Shown: positions 1-13,286, numbered from the whole stretch's first letter. The stretch: DNA of 57,749 nucleotides, filler included, from Sphacelaria rigidula (GCA_964200075.2; 9 parts of 9 records of this genome joined end to end with filler, not necessarily neighbours in it); one strand, 5' to 3'. A program made the numbers and translations. The notes: generated by a model from the sequence alone, not told the origin.

Positions 1-3000
1 ATCTCAAGCAACAGATGAATACGCCCCCCCCCCCCCCTGACGTTATATTCGTCCGCCTCAAAAACATCCTAAAAAAATGCAGGGAGAGAACCAAAGTGTT
101 CGCAAGTTCCTATGTGAGCGCACCACCATTTGGCGAGAGCTGTTCTGGGGGCTGCTGACCGCAAAGGAACAACTCAAAGTGTCCGGGTGCGTGAAGCTGA
201 GAATGGTGCCCAGCGATGCAGAGCCGCACGACCGTGTAGCTGCAGCCACGACGTCGGGCTGCATGCTGTTTGCGGCTCTGAGAAGTATTGCTCAGGTACG
301 CACGGTGTTCTCTGAATGTAACGGTTTGGGATAGCACTTATACGCTGCGTCCCGGTGATCAAACAGTACGTCAACACTATCGGTAGTGTGACCGAATCTT
401 GTGGGTTAGAATCCCGACGGCGGAATCGCTTCTCTTACTTTCCACCGTCTCAGAATGTGTAAATCGAGAATTGCAGAAACATTTTGATGGATATCGACGA
501 GCTACGGGAGTGGTAGATCCAGTGTTCGATAATGGCTTGATTCCTTCGAGAGTTCGAACTCGTGCCGACGACGGGGGTGCGTCACACGTTGAACAAAATA
601 AATCCAATTCGTGGGATATTCCAGTATGCCATCGACATTCTTGATATTCGATTATGAAGAACTGACTTCAAGGGTACAGTAGCACGTTTCTTCCTTGAAC
701 CCTCTCCTATCCTCGAAACGATCCATAGTTTCAAGGGGGTATGTATATCCAACTCTTCCCAATACTCAACCCCCGTACCTACCTAATAAGCTGTTTTCGA
801 CCGGTAGATCGACAATCTCGCCACTTGTTGACGTCCGTCAAAATATGTTCCAACTCTTGGAGCATTTTCCACTATCGTTTTTAGGAACCAAGAAAAAATG
901 TGTCTGAACTCAAACTCATTGGTCCGTAGAATCTGGCGAATGTTGTATTTGCGTGACCACCGATGTGAGGCAACACCTAGTAGTACTATATCCTCCAAGT
1001 ACTTGGTGCTTCGAAGTCAAGACAAACACTTGGCGAACAACTGCACGTATATGTACGTTAGCGGGTAAAACATTCTGAATAACTGGCGTAAATGGGATTC
1101 TCCAAGTCCACCTTCCAGGGTGTACAACACAAACGATAAATGTTGCGTTTTCTTGGTACGGCAGATGTGACACTACGAATATGGCATTGATGCGCAGTTT
1201 CTGTCGATGTTTGGTGCATACAGCAGATCGGAGCTACCGATATCCGGTCGATAGGACGACACACGTACCTGGCTACAGCATTCGAAAACTAGTCGTCATT
1301 CTTCGTCTGATGAACAAGCACGTCTGGCTTTAGATATCTCAACTTTCGAAGTCACTTGCGGGGGGGTTACTTTTGCATGCTCGTTATACAATGTGCGCTT
1401 CAGCACTCAGGTAATCGTGTGTACATGTTCATCTTCAGATTCATGATGTGGCCAACGGTAAAAGCGATCCCACGAAGCTTTTCTATCGTGCATTATTATG
1501 TGATGTGCTGAATATTGTGCCCTATGTGTGGAAATAATAATAAGATTAAGAATATGTAGTCACAGCTGTTAGATGATAATACTCGACCCTCAGCAAAAGT
1601 ACCCTTACACGCGTGTCTCTTTCTGAGCGAAGCTGACCGATTGATTGGCTGTCCAACGCCAATAAATCCTCCATGAATGCAACTGTGGTCACAAGATAGA
1701 CTCATTCCAGTGGCGTGTCCAAAAAGGATAAATGGTTCCGCCGTTCTGTTTTTTTTGCGGTTTATGCCATTCTTCTGGCCTGTTGCCATGGTTGGGGACC
1801 AGGTGCAATGTTTCGATGGCACCGGGACGAGGCTGGAGTTTCAAGCGCAAGAGACCTTCGGGTTTATTCCCGTACCAGATGTTCTCATGGAGCAAGCGAT
1901 ACGCAATGTCGAGGTACGAGCGCAGATACGTGAATAAGTACTCCCCGTACCCGCCCTGAGGACGGACATACGGGATGGGGTTTCCTCTATGTCCGTAACT
2001 CGCATGGAAGTTAGATTTCCAACATCACCATCCTCACCACCAGCGTTATCATTAGACGTCGACCAATGAAATGCGGTATATTGTGCCCCCAAGTGCTTTG
2101 TGTATACGGGCAGGCACGACGCCGGCAGCGATTGTGTCACGGGGATTCCTTTTTCGACGCTTCGATCTAGAGTACAATGCTGTCAAGCATGGTAACATTG
2201 ACAGGAACGCAGCATGGTATCAAAAACGGGACAGACGATGACATCGCATAATTTTCAGGTTGATTACTATAATGGCAGCATCATTCCGTTTTTTTGCTGA
2301 AGTTGTAGTTTGTGAGTGTTATTCACGCACTAAACACCGCAATGACACACAACTCTCGGTCCTTGTCACACACGGTCGGACCGACGTCGGCATGACCAGA
2401 CCGTGAAGTCGAACCCTCGAAGTACCGTGTATCGAGGAGAGCGGGAATACGGCGAGCGACGATATACGGTTGACCAGGCCGGAAAGATACGCGTCAAGAT
2501 AGCGTCCGGGGGGCAGTACCTATCTTTGGACGGTTCCGATGTGACGCCGTTGCTACAACGGCATGCCGAGAAACACGGGAGGTATGGCATCGCTCTGAAG
2601 TCGTCTATTCACAAACATCTGCACAAGACGTTGTCAGATACTGGTTCGCTGTCAATGTGTTGCGCGTCTGTACAAGGCGTGTGGACTATCTTGCTGCAGA
2701 CAGGTTGGTGCGCACAGCAGCAGCTCGTTCGGACAGTCACCGGGCGCCGGGTTAGATGTTTCAATACGTGTTGATCATTGCCATACCCCTAGTCCTTTGT
2801 GTTTCCACGAAAACAACTATTCTTCCGCTACGGTCTCACGGCGCCACCTGCCTACCGTTAAGCAGAGGGCTTCCTAGCCTTGCTTTTCAAACGTAGTCCC
2901 CGAGGCGGTAGTCGCCAACGCCACGCATTTCGGGGGTCTGCTGGAAGATAATCAACGCCCGAAAGACGTTTCGCACAGAAACGTATTTTCTAGCGTCATG

Positions 3001-4086
3001 TTTCACCCAATCACTTCCGCTCACTCACAACCCTTCGGCGCGAACGACCGGTGGCGCATGGTAGTTGATATCCTCTGGCCGCTGGACTTGACACACTCAA
3101 CTCGGGCGTATCGAAAAAAGCACATTGCAGGCACACGAAGAATAGACGAAGACAAAGAGTGCCCGGGATAAGTTTCGTAAAAAAACAGCACACACGCACA
3201 GTGCTCACAACATGTCGTCTCGTGAAAAAAGAAGAGATGCAGGAAAGAATCAAGGATGAACACCGACTATGCACGGCCGATTTGCTTGACGTGGTGCTTA
3301 TGTGGTTTATACGAGGTACCCATGGCCGTTTGGATGCAACTTACACGTGGCTGCCGCCGCACGCCGATGGATGAAGTGGCATACCAACGACGTTTTGACG
3401 GATTTTTAAGGGTTTGAATCCTGGCAATAGCAGGAAAGAGTAATTTATTTCGCCGTTCTCGTTGTCCGCAACCGTAAGAGCGGGAGCTGGTAAAACATGA
3501 TAACATGCGATGGAAGTTGACGGTCTACGGGAGCGCTGATCCAATCCTTGATGGCAAATCGTGCAAGAGAAGTACGAAGGAAGAGCTGGGTAGACCACAT
3601 GTGACTATAGACTCGTCCCGAGGAGGGGGGAGGGGAACGAAGCAGAGTGAAACAAAATAGACGTTCTATTGTCTTGTACTGAACTACTAGAATTAACCGA
3701 ACAACACACTTTTCTACCGCGCTAAGCACGATCCCGACAGAGAAGCGCGCGCGTCAAGCGAATCTTTAATATCTGCAAGGGGGGATAGAAAAGGCCCTCT
3801 CACTCCCCCTCGCCCAGGCCGCGAAAAAATGGAGAGGAAATAATGATATAACGAATCACTAGAAATTGAGCTAGCCCGCTTGCTAGGAAAGGTTTATTCT
3901 TCAAACGTCGGTGCAAACGCTACCGCTTCGGTGCAGGGTGACTTGTCATCTGCACCAAAACGACAAATGCGCAAGCCGAAGGTGCGAGGTAAGTAAGTAA
4001 GTAGGTTAGCCCGCCCCAAAATACCCACCATACGTATATGCACGTACAGTGCCAACACTGCTTTTTCTATCTCTTTTTCGGTGCAG

Positions 4087-4331
4087 GATGGTGCTGATGA
4101 AGAGCATGGGCCTTGAGCTGCCGGGAATGAGCGACGGGCGGGGTGGTGTTGTTGGGGGCGGCGGCGGCGGCAGGGAAGGGGGTGGCCGTAAGAGGGAGGC
4201 ACTCATGAAGGAGGCGCGCTACGGGGTAGGGGCTGTCCTGGTCGAAGAGGGTATGCCACCGACTGCGGTATTTTTGATCGTGGAGGGGGAGTGCAGGATC
4301 GTCAAGGGGAAGCCTCGATCCAAGTCTCCAG
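4087..4331 (+). CDS. Internal exon encoding the N-terminal half of a cyclic-nucleotide-binding (cNMP/CAP-family) domain
   Basis: Polypyrimidine tract plus tgcag acceptor ending at 4086, and a CAG|GTGAGC donor at 4332. The peptide MKEARYGVGAVLVEEGMPPTAVFLIVEGECRIVK fits the cNMP beta1-beta3 pattern (y..Ge.i..eG.....lylI..Gev.v). Other exons were not found. Confidence 0.75.
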
Positions 4332-5309
4332 GTGAGCCACAGCAGTGGACAGATCGCGAATGCTCCATCGATTATTGATGAATTGTAAAAAAAGTGATCA
4401 AGTTAGAGCGGATATTAAATCTCACTCTCAATCAACGCTAGACTCTCAACCTCACGAAGATATCATTATGCGTCACCATATCTGTAACCACAGGACAGTA
4501 AAAGAGTGCGTTGCACATCATCCCCAAGATAACACCGCCGGGTGAGGGTTTTTGCAGAACCAAGACGCATCACTAGGGGGTGGTATACGCCATGTTCTAC
4601 AGTACCTCTGGGTAAGCAAGCAGTTACACTTGGAGCGTATCCCGAAAACATTACCTTGCTTCGGGAGCCGAACCTTTTGGCTTTTCTTCGTTCAAACGCA
4701 GAATCACACCTGTTTCGGACGTTGGCCGACCATTAGTGCTTGTTTCATCGGAAAAGATCCCGAGGGAAATAACCTTGAACAGAAAAAACAGCATGTCGCA
4801 AACGCGTACTCTTTTCACAGGACTGCGACTAGTCCACTTCGTGGAAATACGATACAAATTACCAGGGTTTCATTGTCCCTGGTCGTTAGAGACCGTAGCG
4901 CAGATTACCTGCTTTCAGTACGCCAACGTCGCTGCGAAGGAGGTGAGATTTCTGAAGGCTTCACAGCATCTTACCGCCATCGAACCATCTTCTGGCTAAA
5001 TTTCTCGTGCTGAACATGTCGGCGGAAACATTTCTATAACATGTCTGATGTACGGTCGTGTACCCCTAGATGCACCACCGGACAACACGGCGTCCGCGCA
5101 CAAACTATATTGCGTGGGTTCATCTTCCGGTCGAGCATAAGTAGAGAAGGGTATAGGATTGTCGAATAGGAAACGCTGGGGCCAACGTGGTCTTCCGATG
5201 AACCACGAAACTCGGGGGTTGGAGGTTTAGCAGAGATACAGAAGGCGAGGATTCCAATGTTCGCTTGTGCAGAAATTCGAGCTAAAGATGTTGACCGTTC
5301 CAAAATCCT

Positions 5310-5470
5310 CACACGTTGAGCGATATATGGTCAATAGTTGCAAAAGACAAGAACTACACTGCGCAAAGTATAGGCCTATTGCAGCTTTTGTCGGCCGATA
5401 ACAGGCGCAATAGGCCTAAACTTTGAGGAGTACACTTTTTTTGTCGATCGAAACCATGGTCCAACGCGTG
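5310..5470. mobile_element. Degenerate fold-back MITE, same family as 53299-53468
   Basis: Shares TCAATAGTTGC and GTATAGGCCTATTG...CAATAGGCCT arms with 53299-53468. Termini are CACACG...CGCGTG, and both flanks begin AAAAT (decayed TSD). Confidence 0.6.
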
Positions 5471-6328
5471 AAAATGTCACAAGTTACTGTCGTCAGTCAG
5501 GGACTGTTGGCCTTCGGGACAAGCACCAGGTTACGGAAGCTAGGTGTCCCAAACAATTGTGTGTTCTGTTCTTCATGCTTATTGATGCCGAGATGAAATG
5601 TATCATCGAAACAAAATAAGGAAGAGATACTATGCGCTTGATGAACGCTGTTGACAGAACTGACGCGGGACATATATGTAACCCAGGCCAGCCGGTATGC
5701 ATGGTAATACCGGGGGGGGGGGGGGGGGACACCAAAGGGGGTTTGGGTGGGGGGGTGGGGGTTATTTGAAAACCCTAGGGGCCCCGAGAGGGGGTTGGGG
5801 GGAAANNNNNNNNNNGATTGTCGTTTTTTGGACTGTTGTAAACGGAATGGGGGGTGGACATTTGTCAACCCAGGCGGGTCGGGTTGGGTGGGTAGGGGGG
5901 GGGGGGGGGGGGGGACACTCAATGGGTATTGGTTGAGGGGTTCGAGGCTATTGTCGAACCCTAGGGGCACCGAGAAGGCGTTGTCGGTAAACTGGTTTTC
6001 GAAAGAGGGCGTGAAGAAATTTTAGCAGTATCCTTAAAGGGCATATCATGGCTTCGCACGAGTTAAACAACCTGATTCTTTACCAGCTAGGTCGAAAAGA
6101 CATGAGAAGAATAACAGTAGCACCATCAGGGGGACAGCTTGGCTTTCGCGAAAATTTACAATATCAATCACTGAATGCGGTACGGCACATGGGGTCCCCG
6201 CCGTAGAGCGGTAAGTCTTGCTTCACTAAAGTACGTACTAGAGTTAAGGATTACAAGTACAGGAGGGGGGGGTGTACTCATGATCATGCATGCCGCAGTC
6301 ATCAGACCATTGACTTCGCATCCCTACA

Positions 6329-6428
6329 NNNNNNNNNNNNNNNNNNNNNNNNNNNNNNNNNNNNNNNNNNNNTTAATTAATTAANNNNNNNNNNNNNNNN
6401 NNNNNNNNNNNNNNNNNNNNNNNNNNNN
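6329..6428. other. Artificial contig spacer (N44-TTAATTAATTAA-N44); identical spacers at 12757-12856, 19185-19284, 25613-25712, 32041-32140, 38469-38568, 44896-44995 and 51323-51422
   Basis: The same 100-bp linker, with stops in all six frames, recurs every 6428 or 6427 bp. The segments between are 6328 bp (x6) then 6327 bp (x3), as expected for length-sorted concatenated contigs. Confidence 0.99.
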
Positions 6429-6660
6429 CTTCCGTCCCCTCAAAGGGTATGTGCGAAGCACGATTTTGGGGACAAAAAACGTCTTTTTTTCACCCCGAAA
6501 TCGAGGCAAAAGTGTACTTTCGCGCATGCCCTTTGGGGGAACGGAAGGGTAGAAATCCCCCGAAATAGGTTTAGGGAGGTTGGGAGGGATGGGGTGATCC
6601 ATATGGAAGCCATTTGTCTTGAATCTGAGTCAGGGAAAGCACGGCTTTTGAGTTGAACCT
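6429..6660. mobile_element. Fold-back repeat truncated by the contig start, homologous to 36985-37341
   Basis: CTTCCGTCCCCTCAAAGGGTATGTGCGAA (6429) is an imperfect inverted repeat of TTCGCGCATGCCCTTTGGGGGAACGGAAG (6519). The distal arm GTCAGGGAAAGCAC...GAGTTGAACC matches 37311-37341. Confidence 0.6.
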
Positions 6661-7331
6661 CATTTTTTTCAACCCCACTTTCGAGAATCAGCTGTTAGAT
6701 CACTGTCAATACGGAAGCAAAATAAACGAATGGCATATCAAATTCAAGATCTCCTTCACCACAAATATATCCACACATGTGCTTTTGTCACCGCTTCCTG
6801 TGCGTTCCGAAATTGTGGGGGTAATGCTACATGCATTTCGTATACTCCCTCGAACCTCTTTATTAGAATTCGAGGAAACTTCCGAATCTGTATTTATCCA
6901 ACATAATGGGGTGTTTGCGCGGATGAAACTCGGGTTAGGTCCTGAAGTTCAGGGCAAGATGCAACTGTCACCCGACTTCGTTTAAACAACTAGCTTTTGA
7001 AGACCCAACCGAATATGGTGATGTGAAGGCCAGATTTGGGCCTTGGACCAGGTTGGGCTCGGTCGTTCCTATTGGCCAACGATCTCGAGTCCGGCTCGAT
7101 CTTTACCGGTACAAGGTGTTTTGGGAAGCACATTTGCATACAAAGTCCGATGCGAAAGGACCGTTTTGATCTTCCCTCGGTTTATTCTTTTAGATGTTCA
7201 TGCTATTGGTCAGTTGACCCGGAGGGTTTTCCGTCCTCACGGCACATACCACATCAGCTCTATCAATGAGCACAGTGTAATGCGTATGAGGACCGCGTGC
7301 TTATAGGACCGCATCGGAATTTGAACATCCC

Positions 7332-7379
7332 TAGGGTCAGGGTTAGGGCAAGGGTTAGTGTTGGGGTTAGGGTCAGGGG
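7332..7379 (+). repeat. Degenerate telomere-like (TTAGGG)n tract, 8 hexamers
   Basis: TAGGGT CAGGGT TAGGGC AAGGGT TAGTGT TGGGGT TAGGGT CAGGGG. Confidence 0.7.
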
Positions 7380-7519
7380 CGTGGTACCTGCAGGGACTCA
7401 CCCGATTGGTTTTGGAAAACGTCGATCGTGAGGTATTTTGAACTACGGTGCGGTCCTCTGAGCACGCGGTCCTCTCACGCATTACAATTGGGCGTACTAC
7501 ACCATACGCCGAAGCTAAC

Positions 7520-10500
7520 TCTGCCCAACCAGCGCCCGTGCTACCAAAAAGCTTTTGCCGAGCGTTCTTGTTACCGAGTGCAACAGCAGCACACGCGTGA
7601 TCTGCACTTTTTGTTTCGCGCGACGGAACAAAATCGAAACAGAAAACGCTTGGCTCGGTCTTTCTCGACCGCGGATCGTTCACATTTTGCAGCCAGTCAT
7701 TGCACACACCCGCGCACTATAGCATGCTGCCGACTGCAACACGCTGCTATGTTGTCACTCGCTACAGCCACTTCTGTTTCTCAGCCAGCGCCTGTGCTAC
7801 CAACAAGCTGTTGCCGAGCGCTCTTGTTACCGAGTGCAACAGCGGCACACGCGTGATCTGCACATCTCGTTTCGCCCGACAGAACAAAATCGAAACAAAG
7901 CTTGGCTCGGTTTTTCTCGACCGCGGATCGTTCACATTTTGCAGCTAGCCATTGCACACACCCGCGCACTACAGCGTGCTGCCAACTGCAACACGCTGCT
8001 ATGTTGTCACTCGCTACAGCCACTTCTGTTGCTCAGCCAGCGCCCGTGCTACCAACAAGCTGTTGCCGACCGCTCTTGTTACCAAGTGCAACAGCAGCAC
8101 ACGCGTGATCTACACTTCTCGTTTCACGCGACAAAACGAAATCGAAACAGGGAAAGCCTGGCTCAGTTCTTCTCTACCGCGGATCGTTCACATCTTGCAG
8201 CCAGCCCTCGCACACAACCGCCCCACTAGAGCATGCTGTCGACTGCAACACGGTGCTATGTTGTCACTCGCTACAGCCACTTCTGTTGCTCAACCGGCGC
8301 CCGTGCTACCAACAAGCTGTTGCCGAGCGCTCTCGTTACCGAGTGCAACAGCAGCACACGCGTGATCTGCGGTTCTCGTTTCGCGCGACGAAACAAAATC
8401 GAAACAGATAAAGCTTGGCTCAGTTCTTCTCGACCGCGGATCGTTCACATTTTGCAGCTAGCCATTGCACACACCAGCGCACTTTTGCTGCTGCTGACTG
8501 TAAGACGCTGCTATGTTGTCACTCGCTACAGCCACTTCTGTTGCTCAGCCAGCGCCCGTGCTACCAACGAGCTGTTGCAAACCGCTTTTGTTATCAAGTG
8601 CAACAGCAGCACACGCGTGACCTGCACTTCTCCTGTCGCACGACGAACGATATCGGAACAGAAAACGCCTGGCTCAGTTCTTCTCGACCGCGGATCGTTC
8701 ACATTTTGCAGCCAGCCATTGCACACACCCGCGCACTATAGCATGCTGCCGACTGCAACACGCTGCTATGTTGTCACTCGCTACAGCCACTTCTGTTGCT
8801 CAGCCAGCGCCGGTGCCACCGAGAAGCTGTTGCCGACCGCTCTCGTTACCGAGTGCAACAGCAGCACACGCGTGATCTGCAGTAGTTCTCGTTTCGCGCG
8901 ACGAAACGAAATCGAAACAGGAAAAGCCTGGCTCAGTTCTTCTCGACCGCGGATCGTTCACATCTTGCAGCCAGCCCTCGCACACAACCGCCCCACTAGA
9001 GCATGCTGTCGACTGCAACACGCTGCTATGTTGTCACTCGCTACAGCCGCTTCTGTTGCTCAACCGATGCCCGTGCTACCAAGAAGCTGTTGTCCACCGC
9101 TCTCGTTACCGAGTACAACAGCAGCACACGCGTGATGTGCATTTCTCCTTTCGCGCGACGAAACGAAATCGAAACAGAAAACGCCTGGGTCAGTTCTTCT
9201 CGACCGCGGATCGTTGACATCTTGCAGCCAGACATTACACACACCCGCGCACTACAGCATGCTGCCGACTGCAACACGCTGCTATGTTGTCACTCGCTTC
9301 AGCCACTTCTGTTGCTCAGCCAGCGCCGGTGCCACCGAGAAGCTGTTGCCGACCGCTCTTGTTACCGAGTACAACAGCAGCACACGCGTGATGTGCATTT
9401 CTCCTGTCGCACGACGAAACGAAATCGAAACAGAGAACGCCTGGCTCAGTTTTTCTCGACCGCGGATCGTCCACATCTTGCAGCCAGCCATTGCACACAC
9501 CCGCGCACTATAGCATGCTGCCGACTGCAACACGGTGCACTGTTGTCACTCGCTACATCCCCTTGTGTTGCTCAGCCAGCGCCCGTGCTACCGACAAGGT
9601 GTTGCCGACAGCTCTCGTTACCGAGTGCAACAGCAGCACACGCGTGATCTGCACTTTTTGTTTCGCGCGACGAAATAGAATCCAAACAGGAAACGCCCGT
9701 GTCAGCTTTTCTCGACCGCGGATCGTTCACATTTCGCAGCCAGCCATTGCATATACCACTGTGATATTGCTGCTGCTGACTGTAAGACGCTGCTATGTTG
9801 TCACTCGCTACAGCCGCTTTTGATGCTCAGCCAGCGCTCGTGCTACCAACAAGCTGTTGCCAACCGCTTTTGTTACCGAGTACAACAGCAGCACACGCGT
9901 GATCTGCACTTCTCCTGTCGCACGACGAAACGACATCGAAACAGAAAACGCCTGGGTCAGTTCTTCTCGACCGCGGATCGTTGACATCTTGCAGCCAGCC
10001 ATTGCACACACCCGCGCACTATAGTTGCTGCCGACTGCAACACGCTGCTATGTTGTCACTCGCTACAGCCACTTCTGTTGCTCAGCCAGCGCCCGTGCTA
10101 CCGAGAAGCTGTTGCCGACCGCTCTCGTTACCGAGTGCAACAGCAGCACACGCGTGATCTGCACTTATCCTGTCGCACGACGAAACGAAATCAAAACAGA
10201 GAACGCCTGGGCCAGTTTTTCTCGACCACGGATCGTCCACATCTTGCAGCCAGACATTGCACACACCCGCGCACTATAGCATGCTGCCGACTGCAACACG
10301 GTGCACTGTTGTCACTCGCTACAGCCACTTCTGTTGCTCAACCGGCGCCCGTGCTACCAAGAAGCTGTTGCCGACCGCTCTCGTTACCGAGTGCAACAGC
10401 AGCACACGCGTGATTTGCACGTCCCGTTTCGCGCGACGAAATAGAATCCAAACAAAAAACGCCCGTGTCAGCTTTTCTCGACCGCGGATCGTTCACATTT

Positions 10501-12756
10501 CGCAGCCAGCCATTGCATACACCACTGTGATATTGCTGCTGCTGACTGTAAGACGCTGCTATGTTGTCACTCGCTACAGCCGCTTTTGTTGCTCAGCCAG
10601 CGCCCGTGCTACCAACAAGCTGTTGCCGAGCGCTCTTGTTACCAAGTGCAACAGCAGCACACGCGTGATCTGCACTTCTCCTGTCGCACGACGAAACGAC
10701 ATCGAAACAGAAAACGCCTGGCTCAGTTCTCCTCGACCGCGGATGTTCACATTTTGCAGCCAGCCCTTGCACACACCCGCGCACTACAGCATGCTGCCGA
10801 CTGCAACACGCTGCTATGTTGTCACTTGCTACAGCCACTTCTGTTGTTCAGCCAGCGCCCGTGCTACCAACAAGCTGTCGACGACCGCTCGTGTTACCGA
10901 GTACAACAGCAGCACACGCGTGATCTGCACTTCTCCTGTCGCACGACGAAACGAAATCGAAACAGAGAACGCCTGGGTCAGTTCTTCTCGACCGCGGATC
11001 GTTGACATCTTGCAGCCAGACATTACACACACCCGCGCACTACAGCATGCTGCCGACTGCAACACGGTGCACTGTTGTCACTCGCTACAGCTACTTCTGT
11101 TGCTCAGCCAGCGCCCGTGCTACCAAGAAGCTGTTGCCAACTGCTTTCGTTACCGAGTGCGACAGCAGCACACGCGTGATCTGCACTTATCCTGTCGCAC
11201 GACGAAACGACATCGAAGCAGAAAACGCCTGGCTCAGTTCTTCTCGACCGCGGATGTTCACATTTTGCAGCCAGCCCTTGCACACACCCGCGCACTACAG
11301 CATGCTGCCGACTGAAACACGCTGCTATGTTGTCACTTGTTTCAGCCACTTCTGTTGCTCAGCCAGCGCCCGTGCTACCAACAAGTTGTTGCCGACCGCT
11401 CTCGTTACCGAGTGCAACAGCAGCACACGCGTGATGTGCACGTCCCGTTTCGCGCGACGAAATAGAATCCAAACAGGAAACGCCTGGGTCAGCTTTTCTC
11501 GACCGCGGATCGTTCACATTTTGCAGCCAGCCATTGCACACACCCGCGCACTATAGTTGCTGCTGACTGCAATACGCTGCTATGTTGTCAGTCGCTACAG
11601 CCACTTCTGTTGCTCAGCCAGCGCCCGTGCTACCAACAAGCTGTCGACGACCGCTCTTGTTACCGAGTGCAACAGCAGCACACGCGTGACCTGCACTCCT
11701 CCTGTCGCACGACGGAACGAAATCGAAGCAGAAAACGTCTGGCTCAGGTCTTCTCGACCGCGGATCGTTCACATTCCGCAGCCAGCCATTGCACACACCC
11801 GCGCACTATTGCTGCTGCTGACTGCAACTCGCTGCTATGTTGTCACTCGCTTCAGCCGCTTCTGTTGCTCAGCCAGCGCCCCTGCCACCAACAAGCTGTT
11901 GCCGAGCGTTCTTGTTACCGAGTGCAACAGCAGCACACGCGTGATGTGCACTTCTCGTTTCGCGCGGCGGAACAAAATCGAAACAGAAAACGCCTGGCTC
12001 AGTTCTTCTCGACCGCGGATGTTCACATTTTGCAGCCAGCCATTACACACACCCGCGCACTACAGCATGCTGCCGACTGCAACACGCTGCTATGTTGTCA
12101 CTCGCTACGGCCACTTCTGTTGCTCAGCCAGCGCCCGTGCTACCAACAAGCTGTCGACGACCGCTCTCGTTACCGAGTGCGACAGCAGGACACGCGTAAT
12201 CTGCACTTTTCGTTTCGCGCGACGGAACAACAATAAAACAGAAGAAGCCTGGCTCGGTTTCCCTCGGCCGCGGATCGTTCACATCTTGCAGCCAGCCAGT
12301 ACACACACCCGCACACTGTAGCATGCTGCCGACTGCAACACGCTGCTATGTTGTCACTCGCTACGGCCACTCCTATTGCTCAGCCAGCGCCCGTGCTACC
12401 AACAAGCTGTCGACGACCGCTCTCGTTACCGAGTGCAACAGCAGAACACGCGTGATCTGCACTTCTCGTTTCGCGCGACGAAACAAAACCAGAACAGAAG
12501 GGCTTGGCTTGGTTCTTCTCGGACGCGGATCGTTCACATCTTGCAGGCAGCCATTGCGCACAACCGCGCACCTTAGCATGGTGCCGACTGCAACATACTG
12601 CCATGTTGTTATCGCTACAGCCACTTCTGTTGCTCAGCCAGCGCCCGTGCTACCAACAAGCTGTCGACGACCGCTCTCGTTACCGAGTGCAACAGCAGAA
12701 CACGCGTGATCTGCACTTCTCGTTTCGCGCGACGAAACAAAACCAGAACAGAAGGG
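7520..12756. repeat. Tandem satellite, ~255-256-bp monomer, about 21 copies, running off the contig end
   Basis: The landmark (C)ACACGCGT recurs at about 7590, 7846, 8098, 8354, 8610, 8865, 9125, 9381, 9637, 9893, 10147, 10403, 10658, 10913, 11169, 11423, 11679, 11934, 12189, 12444 and 12699. Monomers are visibly diverged by substitutions and small indels. Confidence 0.98.
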
Positions 12757-12876
12757 NNNNNNNNNNNNNNNNNNNNNNNNNNNNNNNNNNNNNNNNNNNN
12801 TTAATTAATTAANNNNNNNNNNNNNNNNNNNNNNNNNNNNNNNNNNNNNNNNNNNNGATCAACTTTTTTCTCCCTT

Positions 12877-12999
12877 TTGGGCAAAATCAGGGAAGAAATT
12901 GTGAATTTGGTGATTTTGAGTCGTGATGATTTGTCCTAACCGTGCAGGTGCCCTTCAGAGGATTTCGAAGGTACCAACTGAGCCACCGAGGCGATCGGC
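12877..12999 (-). mobile_element. Degenerate tRNA-derived SINE head
   Basis: GGTACCAACTGAGCCACCGAGGCGATCGGC is the reverse complement of the SINE 5' end (A box TGGCTCAGTTGG) seen at 57676. Confidence 0.7.
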
Positions 13000-13251
13000 T
13001 CGTTGGGTATGCTTAATTTATTTTTCGCGTGGCGAAAACTCGAGCATCTTCTTCCGTAGTAGGGATCAGCGACGGAAGTGCAAGGGAAAGTGGGCAACCG
13101 GCTCGCGTACACGCTCATGGACTGTGCAGGCAGTACAACGCTACACGTTGTCCACGTCCTTTTCACGTCGCATTGTGAGCAGAGAGATCAGATAGTTCTG
13201 TGCTATTTTTACTGCACGTTGCCCGCTTCTCGTTCACATCCTACTGTACGA

Positions 13252-13252
<1 letters not shown>

Positions 13253-13286
<34 letters not shown>
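13253..13286. repeat. (CA)n microsatellite
   Basis: Direct observation; (GT)n tracts also occur at 29518-29586 and 55965-56010. Confidence 0.95.

Noticed and set aside
380..2250. Possible decayed transposase on the minus strand (Cys-containing CHIC...CC...ECF segment)
   Set aside because: Only short stop-riddled frames, with no catalytic motif I can identify. It needs a translated search against TE protein libraries.
5630..5990. Apparent diverged tandem duplication around the 10-N gap (also 18110-18375)
   Set aside because: Each side of the gap reads through the same poly-G tract and degrades beyond it. This fits overlapping low-quality read ends rather than a real duplication.
7520..12756. 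CRISPR array, tandem RNA-gene cluster or hammerhead/retrozyme array
   Set aside because: There are no unique spacers or cas genes, no recognisable 5S/tRNA/snRNA sequence, and no conserved CTGANGA core pairing with the CGAAAC on either strand.
7428..12812. Long Cys-rich repetitive ORFs (up to 352 aa) in the tandem array
   Set aside because: Monomers are about 252-260 bp with frequent frame-shifting indels. The same peptides appear in rotating frames and on both strands, and there is no splice pattern, so this is non-coding satellite.
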